DNA of 64,000 bases from a virus (IMGVR_UViG_3300033068_001704:32001-96000); one strand, 5' to 3'; positions 1 to 10,018 are shown, counted from the stretch's first letter. Notes: generated from the letters alone by a model not told the origin. Numbers and translations: made by a program.

Positions 1-1323
1 ATGCCCCCCGCGAAGAAGCCCGCTCCTGCGACCGGATCGAAGACGACGAAGGCAGCCGCTGCTGCATCCACGAAGGGGCTCAGCCCCCTCGCACGAGCGA
101 GAGCTGCCCTGAAGGGCGTCCTCAAGGAGGATCCGACGGTCCCGCTGACGGACAGCGTACTTCGCAAGTCGATGGACCACCTGCCGACGGGCTCGATCGT
201 CGTGGACTACCTCATCGGGGGTCGGCCGAACAAGTTCGGTATCGCCCCGTGTCCGGGCATCCCTCGCGGTCGCATCACGAACGTCTACGGCAACGCGGGT
301 GCGGGCAAGACGACCCTCGCACTCACCGCCGCAGCAACCACCTGTGCCAACGGTGGGACCTGCGTGTACATCGACTGGGAGAACGAGGTGGATCCCCGGT
401 ACGCCGCAGCGCTCGGTGTACCGATTCACGATGCGTCGAGGTTCATCCTCATGCAGCCCGAGACCCTGGAACAGGGCATGAAGATCATGGTCCAGATGGC
501 GACGGAGGGCGTGGACCTCATCGTCGTGGACTCGGTCGCGGCAGGTGTCCCCGAGGACCTGTACAACCGTGCGATCGAGGAGGAAGGCAACCAGAGCCGC
601 ATCGGTCTGGTCGCGCAGAAGTGGTCCCAGTTCCTCCCGAAGTTCAAGACGCTCATCTCGAAGAGCGGGACGGCCGTGATCGGCATCTCGCAGCTTCGGA
701 AGAAGATCGCGACCGGCGGTGGTGGCCACGGCCCGGACACCGATGTCCAGGGAGGCGAGGCCTGGAAGTTCTACAGCGCCGTCCGCATGATGCTGCGCGT
801 CTTCCAGAAGGAGAAGGGCAAGAGCTTCAACGCGATGACCGGCAAGATCGAGGAGCAGGTCTCCGGCACGATCGTCATCGCCAAGCTCGACAAGTGCAAG
901 GTCTCGGACTCGGTTCACCACGAGCAGAAGTTCTACCTGGCTTCGGGCAGTGGCATCGACAACGCCCGCTCGGTCGTCGATCTCGCCATCAGCTACAAGA
1001 TCGTGATGAAGAACGGCTCGTGGCTGGAGTGGCCCGGTGCCCCTGACGGGCTGATGAAGGCTCAGGGCAAGGACGGTCTCCTCAAGATGATCGGCGGCCA
1101 CCCGTCGGCTCTGAGGAACCTGTTCGCACAGGTGGTCCCGAAGCTCGGGGCCCCCGGTGCCGAAGCGGTGGCGGAGGCCCAGTTCGCAGACGAGGACGAG
1201 GACGGGGCAGATGATCTGTTCGAGGGGATGGTGCCCTCCAGCGGTCCGGCGAAGAAGCAGGACGGCGAGGAAGAGCCGGACCTCTCCGACGTGGTCGTCG
1301 AGGACGAAGAAGAGAACGCCTGA
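1..1323 (+). CDS. recA: RecA/UvsX-family recombinase
   Basis: PTGS..VD..IGG, GIPRGRIT.VYG, Walker A GNAGAGKT, LIVVDSVA, ISQLR, GGEAWKFYSAVR; acidic C-tail. Confidence 0.95.
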   Translation: MPPAKKPAPATGSKTTKAAAAASTKGLSPLARARAALKGVLKEDPTVPLTDSVLRKSMDHLPTGSIVVDYLIGGRPNKFGIAPCPGIPRGRITNVYGNAGAGKTTLALTAAATTCANGGTCVYIDWENEVDPRYAAALGVPIHDASRFILMQPETLEQGMKIMVQMATEGVDLIVVDSVAAGVPEDLYNRAIEEEGNQSRIGLVAQKWSQFLPKFKTLISKSGTAVIGISQLRKKIATGGGGHGPDTDVQGGEAWKFYSAVRMMLRVFQKEKGKSFNAMTGKIEEQVSGTIVIAKLDKCKVSDSVHHEQKFYLASGSGIDNARSVVDLAISYKIVMKNGSWLEWPGAPDGLMKAQGKDGLLKMIGGHPSALRNLFAQVVPKLGAPGAEAVAEAQFADEDEDGADDLFEGMVPSSGPAKKQDGEEEPDLSDVVVEDEEENA

Positions 1324-1339
1324 CACACGGCGGCTGCTG

Positions 1340-1371
1340 AACGGGGGGCGAGAGCCCCCCGTTTTCGTTTT
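1340..1371 (+). terminator. Rho-independent terminator after recA
   Basis: AACGGGGGGC-GAGA-GCCCCCCGTT perfect stem, GNRA loop, followed by TTCGTTTT. Confidence 0.8.
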
Positions 1372-1385
1372 GGTGGAGGCGTGTG

Positions 1386-2738
1386 ATGTTCAAGGTACGT
1401 GTAGTCAACTTCCAGTCGATCAAAGACGCGACGGTCGAGGTTGACGGGTTCACCGTCATCACGGGCCCCAACAACTCGGGGAAGACCGCTCTTGTTCGGG
1501 CGGTCGCAGGGGCGTTCACCAACCCTCGTGGGCACAGCTTCGTGCGCAACGGGGAAGCTCACTCAACGGTTGAGATCGACTTCTCTGACGGGCACAGCCT
1601 CGTTTGGGAGAAGGGGGCCAAGGTCAACCGTTACGTGGTGGATGGGAAGGCCTTGGAAAAGGTCGGCCAGGGCGCCCCCCCTGAGATCCAAGCCCTCGGC
1701 ATGTGCTCGGTCGAGGCGGCGGGGCGAGAGCTGTGGCCTCAGATCGCCCAGCAGTTCGTGGGTCAGGTCTTCCTGATCGACCAGCCCGGTTCAGTCCTCG
1801 CTGAGGCGGTCGCGGACGTGAACAAGGTCGGGGTGCTCAACGAGTCCCTGCGCCTTTCGCAGTCGGATCGGAGGTCCGCGGCATCCGAGCTGAAGGTCCG
1901 CAAAGATGACGCGGCGAAACACGAAGAGGCGGTTCGGAAGTTCGATGGTCTGGACGAGGCCCTCCTCAAGGTTGAGAGGGCGAAGGAAGTCGCTCAACGG
2001 ATCACGGCGGACCGATCCCGGCTAGAGCAGCTCCGTGCTCTCCACACGAGAGTGTCAGCGGCGATGAACCTCGTGAAATCCATCGCTCCGGTGAGGGACC
2101 TCCCGAAGGTCAACGAGACGCTGGGGCCGAAGCTCTTGGTTGCTGAATCCAGGCTCGTTCAGCTCCGCTCTCTTCGAGGGCGTCTCGCAGATGCGGTCGG
2201 GATTCACGAGAAGCTGTCTCCGGTTCGAGGGCTGCCGGTCGTGGCGGAGGGGATGGGTTCGAAGCTCTCGAACACGCACGTGAAGCTGGATCAGCTCCGT
2301 TCGATGTCGAGACGTCTCCGGGACCTGACCGTCACGCACGAGCGTCTCGCACCTGCGCGAACCATCCCTGTGGTCGGGGATGCCATCGACGCACGCGTCA
2401 AGAAGATCGATGCGGCATTGAGCTGGGCGGGTGCGATGGAGGCGAAGATCAAGCGCGCGAAGGCCGAGTGCGCCACCGCCCGTCAGGCGGAGAAGGACCT
2501 TCGAGGCCTTTCACTCCCTGATCTCTCGGGTGTCGAGACGATCCAGGAACAGCTCGCGACCCTGATCCGCACCTGCCACGCCGTCCAGATCGCGAGGGTC
2601 TCGGTAGATACCCTAAGGGTGCGCCTGGGTAGCACCCGGGAAGATTACGAGAGCGCCGAACGTGGGGTTCGGTCCCTCCTGGGTGAAGCGGGCGAATGCC
2701 CGTTTTGTGGAGCGGACCATGAAAAGAGCGCTTGTTAG
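1386..2738 (+). CDS. sbcC: SbcC/Rad50-like ATPase, N-terminal half (Walker A, helical repeats, terminal CxxC hook)
   Basis: VVNFQSI...ITGPNNSGKTAL start; ends GECPFCG; no signature motif, Walker B or H-loop. Confidence 0.85.
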   Translation: MFKVRVVNFQSIKDATVEVDGFTVITGPNNSGKTALVRAVAGAFTNPRGHSFVRNGEAHSTVEIDFSDGHSLVWEKGAKVNRYVVDGKALEKVGQGAPPEIQALGMCSVEAAGRELWPQIAQQFVGQVFLIDQPGSVLAEAVADVNKVGVLNESLRLSQSDRRSAASELKVRKDDAAKHEEAVRKFDGLDEALLKVERAKEVAQRITADRSRLEQLRALHTRVSAAMNLVKSIAPVRDLPKVNETLGPKLLVAESRLVQLRSLRGRLADAVGIHEKLSPVRGLPVVAEGMGSKLSNTHVKLDQLRSMSRRLRDLTVTHERLAPARTIPVVGDAIDARVKKIDAALSWAGAMEAKIKRAKAECATARQAEKDLRGLSLPDLSGVETIQEQLATLIRTCHAVQIARVSVDTLRVRLGSTREDYESAERGVRSLLGEAGECPFCGADHEKSAC

Positions 2739-2970
2739 CTGCGGAATCCTGGTCGCCACGTTCCTGATGGCCGGGTGCCCTTCCCTGCCGCCGGTATCTG
2801 GATGTGCGATCCGCGCCTCGACGTGCATGGATGACCGTCCGTTCATCTGCTCCGGAACCGGGCGCTGGACTCCCGTTGGGGACGCGACCTGTCAGTCGGT
2901 GGGTGGGGTCTGCTGCATGACGGCAGACGGCGTCCACGCCTGTGTGACCCAGCCCTTCTGCATGGAGTGA
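2719..2970 (+). CDS. Small Cys-rich lipoprotein
   Basis: MKR + hydrophobic stretch + lipobox-like LMAG-C; many Cys in mature part. Confidence 0.6.
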   Translation: MKRALVSCGILVATFLMAGCPSLPPVSGCAIRASTCMDDRPFICSGTGRWTPVGDATCQSVGGVCCMTADGVHACVTQPFCME

Positions 2971-3573
2971 GTGATGACGGATCTCTCAGTAGTCGCCCGT
3001 GACTTCGCGGCCTTCGCTCGTTCGAACTTCGGTGCTGAAGTCGTCGAGAAGGAGAACGCGGTCGAGATGAAGATCGTCGCGTTCGGCATGGACATCGGAC
3101 GCCAGTTCGGGGCGGGCCTCGCCAAGAGCGAGGAGTTCATGACTCGCTTCACGACGACGTTGGGCACGCGCGTGTACATGCCCGCCGCGACCCGGAACAA
3201 CCCGCTCCGATTCATCAGCGTGCTCGTCCACGAGATCCAGCACGTCCTCCAGTTCAAGGAGTCAGCCGTGGAGTTCTCCTGGCTGTACCTGAACGAGCCT
3301 GAGGCGCGGGTGCGGTACGAGGCGGATGCGTACGCCGCAGGGATCGCGATCGATCAGTGGCTCACTGGCCGTCTCCCCACGGATGCAATCGAGTCGATCG
3401 TCGCTGGGCTCGTCGGGGCGTACCACGTCCGTCCAGAGGATGCTGACCTCGCAACCGACATCCTTCGGTCGCACATGGCTTCCCTCAAGTCCGGCATCGT
3501 GATGACGCGAGCGGCCCGGGAGTCGATCAAGTTCCTGGACTCGAAGTACCCCCAGCTCAAGGGGACGTTCTAG
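2971..3573 (+). CDS. Putative HEXXH zinc metallopeptidase
   Basis: LVHEIQHVLQ followed by RVRYEADAY (third-ligand Glu). Confidence 0.65.
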   Translation: MMTDLSVVARDFAAFARSNFGAEVVEKENAVEMKIVAFGMDIGRQFGAGLAKSEEFMTRFTTTLGTRVYMPAATRNNPLRFISVLVHEIQHVLQFKESAVEFSWLYLNEPEARVRYEADAYAAGIAIDQWLTGRLPTDAIESIVAGLVGAYHVRPEDADLATDILRSHMASLKSGIVMTRAARESIKFLDSKYPQLKGTF

Positions 3574-3611
3574 TAGGTCACCCGATACCAGACCGAGAGT
3601 AACGTCGCAGG

Positions 3612-4583
3612 ATGGCGATCTCTCTGGTTTGGCGGACGGATGTCCACCTTTCGGACCACACTCCTAGGTCTCGGAAGGATGAGTGGACCGACACGGTCCT
3701 GGGGAAACTGGTTCGAGTCGGGGAGATTGCTCGCGAACTCGGTGCGTCTGCCGTTCTGGACGGTGGGGACCTGTTCGACATCAAGTCTCCGACTCGGAAC
3801 TCCCATGCGCTCGTCCGAAGAGCGATCGAGGTGCACCGGGCCTATCCGTGCCCGACCTACGGGAACGTAGGGAACCACGATTGCGTCTACGGGGACTACT
3901 CGTTCCTCCCTCAGCAACCGCTAGGGGTTCTGTACGCGTCCGGCGCGATCGAGCGCTGCTACGACGAGTACGAGGCAGTGTTCGAGCGGGATGGGGTGAA
4001 GGTCCGGGTCGTCGGAGTTCCGTACCATGGGGTGAAGTACGACCTCACCCGGTTCTCCAGGATCAAGCGGGGGGATGAGACGCACCTCGTGGTGATCGCA
4101 CACGTCCTCGCCTCCCCAAGCGGGGGGACTCTCTTCGAGTCAGAGGATGTCATCCGCTACTCGGATCTCGATGCGTTCGAGGGGGATGTCTTCTGCTTCG
4201 GGCACTGGCACAAGGACCAGGGCATCGTTCAGACGCCGGGCGGCAAGACGATCGTCAACGTCGGATCTCTCACGAGAGGGTCGCTCTCACAGGACGATCG
4301 CGCACGCATCCCCTCTGTCGTTCACCTCAGCTTCACGGCCGAGTCCGTTTCGGCCACCAAGATCTCGGTGACCCACGCCCCCCCGGAAGAGGTCTTCGAC
4401 CTGGAGAAGCGTGATCACGTCGAGATGCGTGAGAACATGATCGAGGAGTTCGTCGGCCACATCCAGACGATCCTCGCAGGCAGTTCTGGGCGGTCCGTTC
4501 GCGACGCCCTGAGGGACATGCCGGACATCCCGGATGAGGTCCGGGAACAGGCGCTCCTCTACATCGAAAAGGCGGGGGGGTAG
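3612..4583 (+). CDS. sbcD: SbcD/Mre11 metallophosphoesterase nuclease
   Basis: TDVHL, GGDLFD, GNHD, AH, FGHWH, NVGSL motifs. Confidence 0.92.
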   Translation: MAISLVWRTDVHLSDHTPRSRKDEWTDTVLGKLVRVGEIARELGASAVLDGGDLFDIKSPTRNSHALVRRAIEVHRAYPCPTYGNVGNHDCVYGDYSFLPQQPLGVLYASGAIERCYDEYEAVFERDGVKVRVVGVPYHGVKYDLTRFSRIKRGDETHLVVIAHVLASPSGGTLFESEDVIRYSDLDAFEGDVFCFGHWHKDQGIVQTPGGKTIVNVGSLTRGSLSQDDRARIPSVVHLSFTAESVSATKISVTHAPPEEVFDLEKRDHVEMRENMIEEFVGHIQTILAGSSGRSVRDALRDMPDIPDEVREQALLYIEKAGG

Positions 4584-4590
4584 CGTTACC

Positions 4591-5595
4591 ATGGCGGCCC
4601 GAGACTTTCGACTGTTCTGGTCGAACATCGAGAACTACGAAGAGTGCCCACAGAAGTTCCTGTGGTCGCGCGGGTTCGGCATGATCAATCTGGGCAACGG
4701 CCCTGGTCGGCCGAAACCGGTCCTGGAACGCAAGTCGGAGCACCACGCCATCATGGGTTCGGTGCTCTCGTACGCGATCGAGCGGCTGTACAACGACGAG
4801 CTGTGGAAGGACCCGAAGGGTCTGGTCGGCCGCCTGATGACGATCGTCGAACGCGAGTTCACCGTCGAGATGGGCAAGCGCTACGTGAAGTGGAGCCCGA
4901 CCCCCACGAAGCCGAAGTGGGACGAGTCGCCTCCTCGGGGGGAGCTGCTTCAGACGTGCAAGGACGGGGTGCTCGGCTACCTCCGCACGATGAAGAAGAA
5001 CAAGCTGCTCGGGGCCTACGCGCGGTCGGAGGTGGACCTCACCACCTACGTCAACAAGTACACCCCGATCGGAGGCCGTCCCGACATCGTCATCCGCAGG
5101 GATGACACAGGACTGATGATTCTCGACGGGAAGAACTCCAAGAGCGTCGGGAAGTACACAAATCCGGACCAGCTCAAGTGGTACGCGCTCTGTTTCTACC
5201 TGGCGTACCACGCGATGCCTGACCGGCTCGCGTTCGTCTACTTCAGGTACCCCGAGGGACAGCCTCCGGAACCGGAGGAGAACAAGCCTCCGATCCCCCC
5301 GGAGGAATGGACCGGACTCGTAGATGTCCCGTTCGACAAGCACGACATCAAGCTCATGGCCCACAGAGCTGTCGAGACGCGCCGCGTCATCATGAAAGAG
5401 ATGTTCGACCCGACGCCTTCTACGAAGGCATGTCGGTTCTGTGACTACCAGAACGTGTGCCCGGTCCGAATCGAGGCGAAGCTGGCCAACATCCGCAAGC
5501 CCAAGGGCGAAGTCGAGAAGGTGTTGGCGGAATCGAATGGGTTCGTGGACCTGAGTGCTCTTTTCTCAGACCCGTTGAAGGACCCGAAGCCGTAA
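4591..5595 (+). CDS. PD-(D/E)XK nuclease, Cas4/RecB/AddB-like with Fe-S cysteines
   Basis: N-terminal ECP, GRPDIV...ILDGK, QLKWYA, C-terminal CRFCDYQNVC. Confidence 0.85.
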   Translation: MAARDFRLFWSNIENYEECPQKFLWSRGFGMINLGNGPGRPKPVLERKSEHHAIMGSVLSYAIERLYNDELWKDPKGLVGRLMTIVEREFTVEMGKRYVKWSPTPTKPKWDESPPRGELLQTCKDGVLGYLRTMKKNKLLGAYARSEVDLTTYVNKYTPIGGRPDIVIRRDDTGLMILDGKNSKSVGKYTNPDQLKWYALCFYLAYHAMPDRLAFVYFRYPEGQPPEPEENKPPIPPEEWTGLVDVPFDKHDIKLMAHRAVETRRVIMKEMFDPTPSTKACRFCDYQNVCPVRIEAKLANIRKPKGEVEKVLAESNGFVDLSALFSDPLKDPKP

Positions 5596-5861
5596 TGACC
5601 GACATCAAGACTCGCATCGAGGCGGTGGTGAAGCGCCGCGACGACCTCCGCTCCCAGACCGAACGCGTCCTCGGGAGGCTGGAGGAATCGGAGAAGAACC
5701 TGGAAGCGCTCCGTGACGAGTGCCGGGCGAAGAACGTCGATCCGGACACGTTGGAGGAGACGATCAAGAAGCTCGAACAGGCTCTTGCCACGTCGCTCGC
5801 TGACTACGAGTCGCAGATCTCTGAGGCCGAGCAGGCCATCAAGCCGTACATCCAGCCGTGA
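5595..5861 (+). CDS. Small coiled-coil protein
   Basis: 88 aa heptad-rich; ATG overlaps upstream TAA. Confidence 0.7.
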   Translation: MTDIKTRIEAVVKRRDDLRSQTERVLGRLEESEKNLEALRDECRAKNVDPDTLEETIKKLEQALATSLADYESQISEAEQAIKPYIQP

Positions 5862-5878
5862 AGAAGAGGGTTCCGTAG

Positions 5879-7027
5879 ATGCTCATCACTGTTTCGAAGC
5901 GTGATCTCCAAGACGCGCTCAAGGTCGTCTCCCACACCGTGGCCTCGGGGGGAAGCGACATCTCCGCCCACTACGTGTTCCGGCAGTCGGGGGCGGGTCT
6001 GGAGGTCCTCTCCTTCAACGGGCGGATCTTCTCGTCATGCCCGGTGAACGCCGCTCGCATCGAGGAGGAGGGGAAGGCCTTCACCATCGAAGCGAAGCGG
6101 ATGAACCTCCTTCTCGATGCCGTCGAGGATGACGTTGCCCTGAGGTTCGCAGCGACCGGGTCGGAGACCGTCGTGACCTCGCGTGGCAAGAACGTCTTCG
6201 CTGGACTCGACCCGGACCTCTTCCCGTACTGGGACGAGCTGCTCAAGTCGGCGGAGCTGACGGCAACGCTCCCGGCGAAGCGTCTCAGTGGCGCTCTCTC
6301 GCACGCGAAGGCGTTCACGTACGACCAGGAGGCGAAGGCCTCCCACCTCTGCGTGGCCGAGTTCCGCAACGGCTGTCTCTACTCGACCGACCAGATGGCT
6401 GTGTCCATCGTGAAGGTGGAGGGCATGGAGAAGAGCGCCCTCCGCATCTTCAACAAGGACATCGGGGCGGTCATCTCGTTCCTGTCTTCGTTCAAGGACA
6501 GCGGCAAGGCGGATGACCCCTCGGCCATCGTCGAGCTGTACGAGCACGATCGCGCGATGTTCCTCAAGCGGAACGATGGGGCGGTCTTCGGGGAGTCCAA
6601 GTACGGTTCGCGCTTCCCGGACCTCTCCGTGGACTGGACGCTGGAGGACGACCACATCGTCGAGGTCCGCAAGACCGAGGTGGCGAGCGCGGTGAAGTTC
6701 CTCGCGTCGGGCGCGCGCTGGGAGGACAACGCCATCAAGGTCGAGGTCCTGGAGGCGGCGATCAAGTTCTCGATGAGTTCGGCGAACGGCAAGCCGATCT
6801 CGCTGGAGGTCCCGGCGAAGGTCACCCAGAACGGTGCCGCGGTCGATCTTCCCGAGGGTGGTTTCCCGGTTCGGAACGACTACATCCTGAGTCTCCTGAA
6901 CCACTTCTCCCAGGACGTCATCCAGCTCGGCTTCTCCAAGAAGGGCAAGGGCGGATGGGTTCGCGTGAAGGACACGCGGGGCGAGGACACGTACCTCACG
7001 ACGGTCTCGTGGTTGAAGATCGCCTGA
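5879..7027 (+). CDS. dnaN: DNA polymerase III beta sliding clamp
   Basis: 382 aa; MLITVSKRDLQDALKVV start, DPDLFP, YSTDQ, SRFPD; three-domain length; DnaX nearby. Confidence 0.8.
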   Translation: MLITVSKRDLQDALKVVSHTVASGGSDISAHYVFRQSGAGLEVLSFNGRIFSSCPVNAARIEEEGKAFTIEAKRMNLLLDAVEDDVALRFAATGSETVVTSRGKNVFAGLDPDLFPYWDELLKSAELTATLPAKRLSGALSHAKAFTYDQEAKASHLCVAEFRNGCLYSTDQMAVSIVKVEGMEKSALRIFNKDIGAVISFLSSFKDSGKADDPSAIVELYEHDRAMFLKRNDGAVFGESKYGSRFPDLSVDWTLEDDHIVEVRKTEVASAVKFLASGARWEDNAIKVEVLEAAIKFSMSSANGKPISLEVPAKVTQNGAAVDLPEGGFPVRNDYILSLLNHFSQDVIQLGFSKKGKGGWVRVKDTRGEDTYLTTVSWLKIA

Positions 7028-7641
7028 GGTCTCTCGCGGAGCAGTCCGCGAAGATCGTCGGACGCCGAGAGGCGGCGAAGGACTCCCTGAAGGGATCCCT
7101 CGCCGCCGTCCGTGTTCTGGAGGGTCGGGTAGATCTCCTCGATCTCGTCGCCGCGCTGCTCCGGACGCTGATCGACTCCGAAATCACCGAGGGCGTGAAG
7201 GCCATCGAGGCTCTTCAGAGCGAGGGTGTGAGGGCCGTCTTCGACGACCAGGACATCAACGTCCGAGCCGAGGTGGAAGTCTCCCGAGGCAAGGTCAACG
7301 TTTCTCTCGTCACTTCTCAGAAGAAAGAGAACGGGGACGTGATCGAAGGCGTAAGTCTTGAAGGGTTCGGAGGTGCGGTCTCGACCGTACAGTCGATCCT
7401 ACTTCGGCTCGCCCTCATCTTCCGCCGGGGTCTCCGACCCATCCTCATGCTCGATGAGAGCCTGCCGGCGTTCGACGAGAGATACGTTCTGAACATGGCC
7501 GCCTTCCTCAAGTCTCTGTGCTCGAAGATGGGCGTGGACATCCTTCTCGTCACCCACAACCCCGCGCTCGTCGAAGCTGCCGACCGGGCGTACAGGATTC
7601 GTCGCGAAAACGGTCACGCGACGTTCCAGAAGATCCGGTAG
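7009..7641 (+). CDS. SbcC/Rad50-like ATPase, C-terminal head half
   Basis: Short coiled coil, degenerate signature GFGGA, Walker B ILMLDES, H-loop LLVTHN, ADRAYRI; GTG start at 7009 inferred. Confidence 0.85.
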   Translation: MVEDRLRSLAEQSAKIVGRREAAKDSLKGSLAAVRVLEGRVDLLDLVAALLRTLIDSEITEGVKAIEALQSEGVRAVFDDQDINVRAEVEVSRGKVNVSLVTSQKKENGDVIEGVSLEGFGGAVSTVQSILLRLALIFRRGLRPILMLDESLPAFDERYVLNMAAFLKSLCSKMGVDILLVTHNPALVEAADRAYRIRRENGHATFQKIR

Positions 7642-8229
7642 ATGAAGCCCGAGGGACAGGTCAAGCACAAGCTCGCGCAGGTGCGATTCAGACACCTGAA
7701 GCGGGAGATTCGGAACGGCCTGTCCCGAAGGTCTCTCAACTGCGTGCACAACGGTGCCGTCGAGATGCCTGGGGTCGGAGAGGTCGGGGTCTGCCTCAAG
7801 GGGGCAGAGAGTGGCAACTGGAACGGGGGGGTCTGCGACGAATCGGTCTCGGACCGGGCGGCACAGTGCCCCTTGTTCGAGCGCTGTCGGTCCAGAAACC
7901 AGATCGAGGACGACTTCAACGCGTTCCTTGGGAGTGCGGAGCGGGCGCTCATCGCTGAGCGCTATCCGGACATGGCGGCGTTGCTGTGGGTGCTCGATCT
8001 CGATCGCCCCGAAGAGATCGTCGATCTTGGGGACGAGGACATCCTCTCTCCGGAGTACACCCCGATCTCTGAGAGGGCTCTGGGGGCCGCGCAGGATCCC
8101 GCGCAGGACAGCTCCTACATCGTGCCGAGCGATGTTCTTCTCCCGGAGGCTGAGCCTGAATCGGGTCCTGCCTCCGCAGGGCCTGCCCCCAAGAAGAAGT
8201 CCCGAAAGCGGAAGCCTCGTCGTGTCTGA
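7642..8229 (+). CDS. Hypothetical Cys-containing protein
   Basis: Abuts previous stop; several Cys, acidic then basic tail. Confidence 0.6.
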   Translation: MKPEGQVKHKLAQVRFRHLKREIRNGLSRRSLNCVHNGAVEMPGVGEVGVCLKGAESGNWNGGVCDESVSDRAAQCPLFERCRSRNQIEDDFNAFLGSAERALIAERYPDMAALLWVLDLDRPEEIVDLGDEDILSPEYTPISERALGAAQDPAQDSSYIVPSDVLLPEAEPESGPASAGPAPKKKSRKRKPRRV

Positions 8230-8746
8230 TCTACTACAACGTGTCCCTCTCACGAAGCGGGGTCTCCCTCTGATGGTTGAGATCCCGGTTCACCCGGAGT
8301 CCGCCCCGTTCTTGGTGTCCGGAACGCTGGGGAAATGGGTCTGGATCTCGGAGTCGAAGAAGGGAGTCCTTCGCGCGGCTTTCCGAGATGGTTCGGTCCC
8401 TGAAGATCTGAACCTGAGTATCGCGAAAGTGGTCGCCCAGGAGAGTGCCCTGCGGAAGTGGGGGAACATCTCCTCGTTCAACGCCAAGGGCATTTTGGCT
8501 GCGGTCGAATACCTTCGGTTCTACGGCTTCGGTGCGGACGTTGAGGTTCTCGTACCGGTGGGGTGCCGCCTGAAGGCCCCGAAGGGGGTTTCTTTCGTGG
8601 AAGCTCCGTGGTTGCCTGCAAAGAAGGCCGTGGCGGTCCCTGCGGATCGGTCGTTCCTCGGAATCTTGGGCGCCATCGGGGGTGAGAGGTATGCCGTCGT
8701 GGTGCACAACCCGAGTCGAGGGATGGCGCTGATCGGAGGCTGGTGA
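8222..8746 (+). CDS. Hypothetical protein
   Basis: 3' part of ORF 7754-8746; GTG at 8222 overlaps upstream gene end. Confidence 0.55.
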   Translation: MSDLLQRVPLTKRGLPLMVEIPVHPESAPFLVSGTLGKWVWISESKKGVLRAAFRDGSVPEDLNLSIAKVVAQESALRKWGNISSFNAKGILAAVEYLRFYGFGADVEVLVPVGCRLKAPKGVSFVEAPWLPAKKAVAVPADRSFLGILGAIGGERYAVVVHNPSRGMALIGGW

Positions 8747-9480
8747 CCTCCTCCACCATCTCCGCCTGGCTCTCCGACCACTTCTCCTCGCTCTGTCTTT
8801 CGGAGGAAGCCGAGGGCTACCTCTACGGTAGGGCTGCGACCGCTGAGGCGATCGAACGGCTGGGGTTCGTTGTGTGGGACACGGCTTCGACACAGGCGCC
8901 GAGCAGTTCGTTTCGGGCTCGGTACGGAGATCGGGGCGAGAAGCTGAGCGGGATGCTCGCTTACCCGTTGCGGTCCCCGGCTGGGTCTCTCATCGGATTC
9001 GAGGCGCGGTCGATGACCGAGAAGCGCATCTCGGAATTTCGGACTCCGGAGGCGGGGTGGAACCCGGTCATGGTGGGAGCCCCCGAAGCAGCACAGAAAT
9101 TGTGGGCGGGGGGGTCTGGTTGGATCTGTGAAGGCGTATTTGATCAGCTCGCCTTGGAGCTAGTGGTGCCTGCTGAAGACGCGGTCATCTCTACGCTCCG
9201 AGCTGGATTGTCGAGGGCTCACGTGGAGTTCTTCGCGCGATTCTGTCGGGGTCGAGTCCACATGGTCTACGACAACGATGAGACCGGCCGGAAGATGACG
9301 CTCGGGTGGATCGACACGGCGACGGGGAAGCCAAGGCTTGGGGCCCTGGAACTCCTGACCCGAGCCGGCCTTCAGGCGGATGATTTCAGATACCCCAGCA
9401 AAGATCCTGGGGAGGTCTGGTCTAGGGGCGGGATTCGTAATCTGAGACGGGTTTTTCTAGGAGAGAAGACAGATGAGTGA
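8743..9480 (+). CDS. dnaG: DnaG-type primase catalytic core (TOPRIM), no Zn-binding domain
   Basis: YL.GR, LG, PL.S..G.LIGFEAR, ICEGVFD, YDNDETG, KDPGE. Confidence 0.8.
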   Translation: MTSSTISAWLSDHFSSLCLSEEAEGYLYGRAATAEAIERLGFVVWDTASTQAPSSSFRARYGDRGEKLSGMLAYPLRSPAGSLIGFEARSMTEKRISEFRTPEAGWNPVMVGAPEAAQKLWAGGSGWICEGVFDQLALELVVPAEDAVISTLRAGLSRAHVEFFARFCRGRVHMVYDNDETGRKMTLGWIDTATGKPRLGALELLTRAGLQADDFRYPSKDPGEVWSRGGIRNLRRVFLGEKTDE

Positions 9481-9985
9481 TAGCTGGGAAGCGGGCAAGG
9501 ACGTGATGGACATCATCCATCACTACATCAAGAACTACCACCCGAGCCTCGCGCTGGTGGATGACGAGATCGCCGTCATCTTCCGGGGCAAGGCATCGAA
9601 GCGGGGTGGCCAGGCCATCCTGGGGACGAGCAAGAAGGCCCCGTCGATCCTCGATGTCCTCGGGAAGGGCAAGTACAAGTTCGTCCTGGAGATCGCCGCG
9701 GACGAGTGGCAGACGCTGTCGAACTCGCAGCAGGGCGCGCTCATCGACCACCTCCTCTGCGCCTGCAAGGTCGAAGAGGATCCGGAGAGCGGGGACATCA
9801 AGTATTCCATCGCCCCCCCGGACGTCCAGTTCTACTGGGGTGAGCTGGAGCGCAACGGCGACTGGCGCCCCCGCCCGCAGCAGGAAGAGGGCGCGAGCAT
9901 GGATGTCGAGGGGATGCTTCGCGGAGCGTCGGCCACCACCGCGGGCGCGACCGTGGACGCGGACGAAGAGGCAGCCGAGGACTGA
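9473..9985 (+). CDS. Phage metallopeptidase-like protein (degenerate HExxH)
   Basis: F.LEI..D.W..L...QQ.ALIDHLLCAC...PPDV.F resembles the phage metallopeptidase family, but HExxH reads HLLCA. Confidence 0.55.
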   Translation: MSDSWEAGKDVMDIIHHYIKNYHPSLALVDDEIAVIFRGKASKRGGQAILGTSKKAPSILDVLGKGKYKFVLEIAADEWQTLSNSQQGALIDHLLCACKVEEDPESGDIKYSIAPPDVQFYWGELERNGDWRPRPQQEEGASMDVEGMLRGASATTAGATVDADEEAAED

Positions 9986-10018
9986 TCGCTCTCGGAGCGC
10001 ATTCGATGCGCTCCTGAT

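Noticed and set aside
4591-5595. Cas4-like nuclease as a sign of CRISPR-Cas
   Set aside because: No repeat-spacer array or other cas genes seen; context is recombination.
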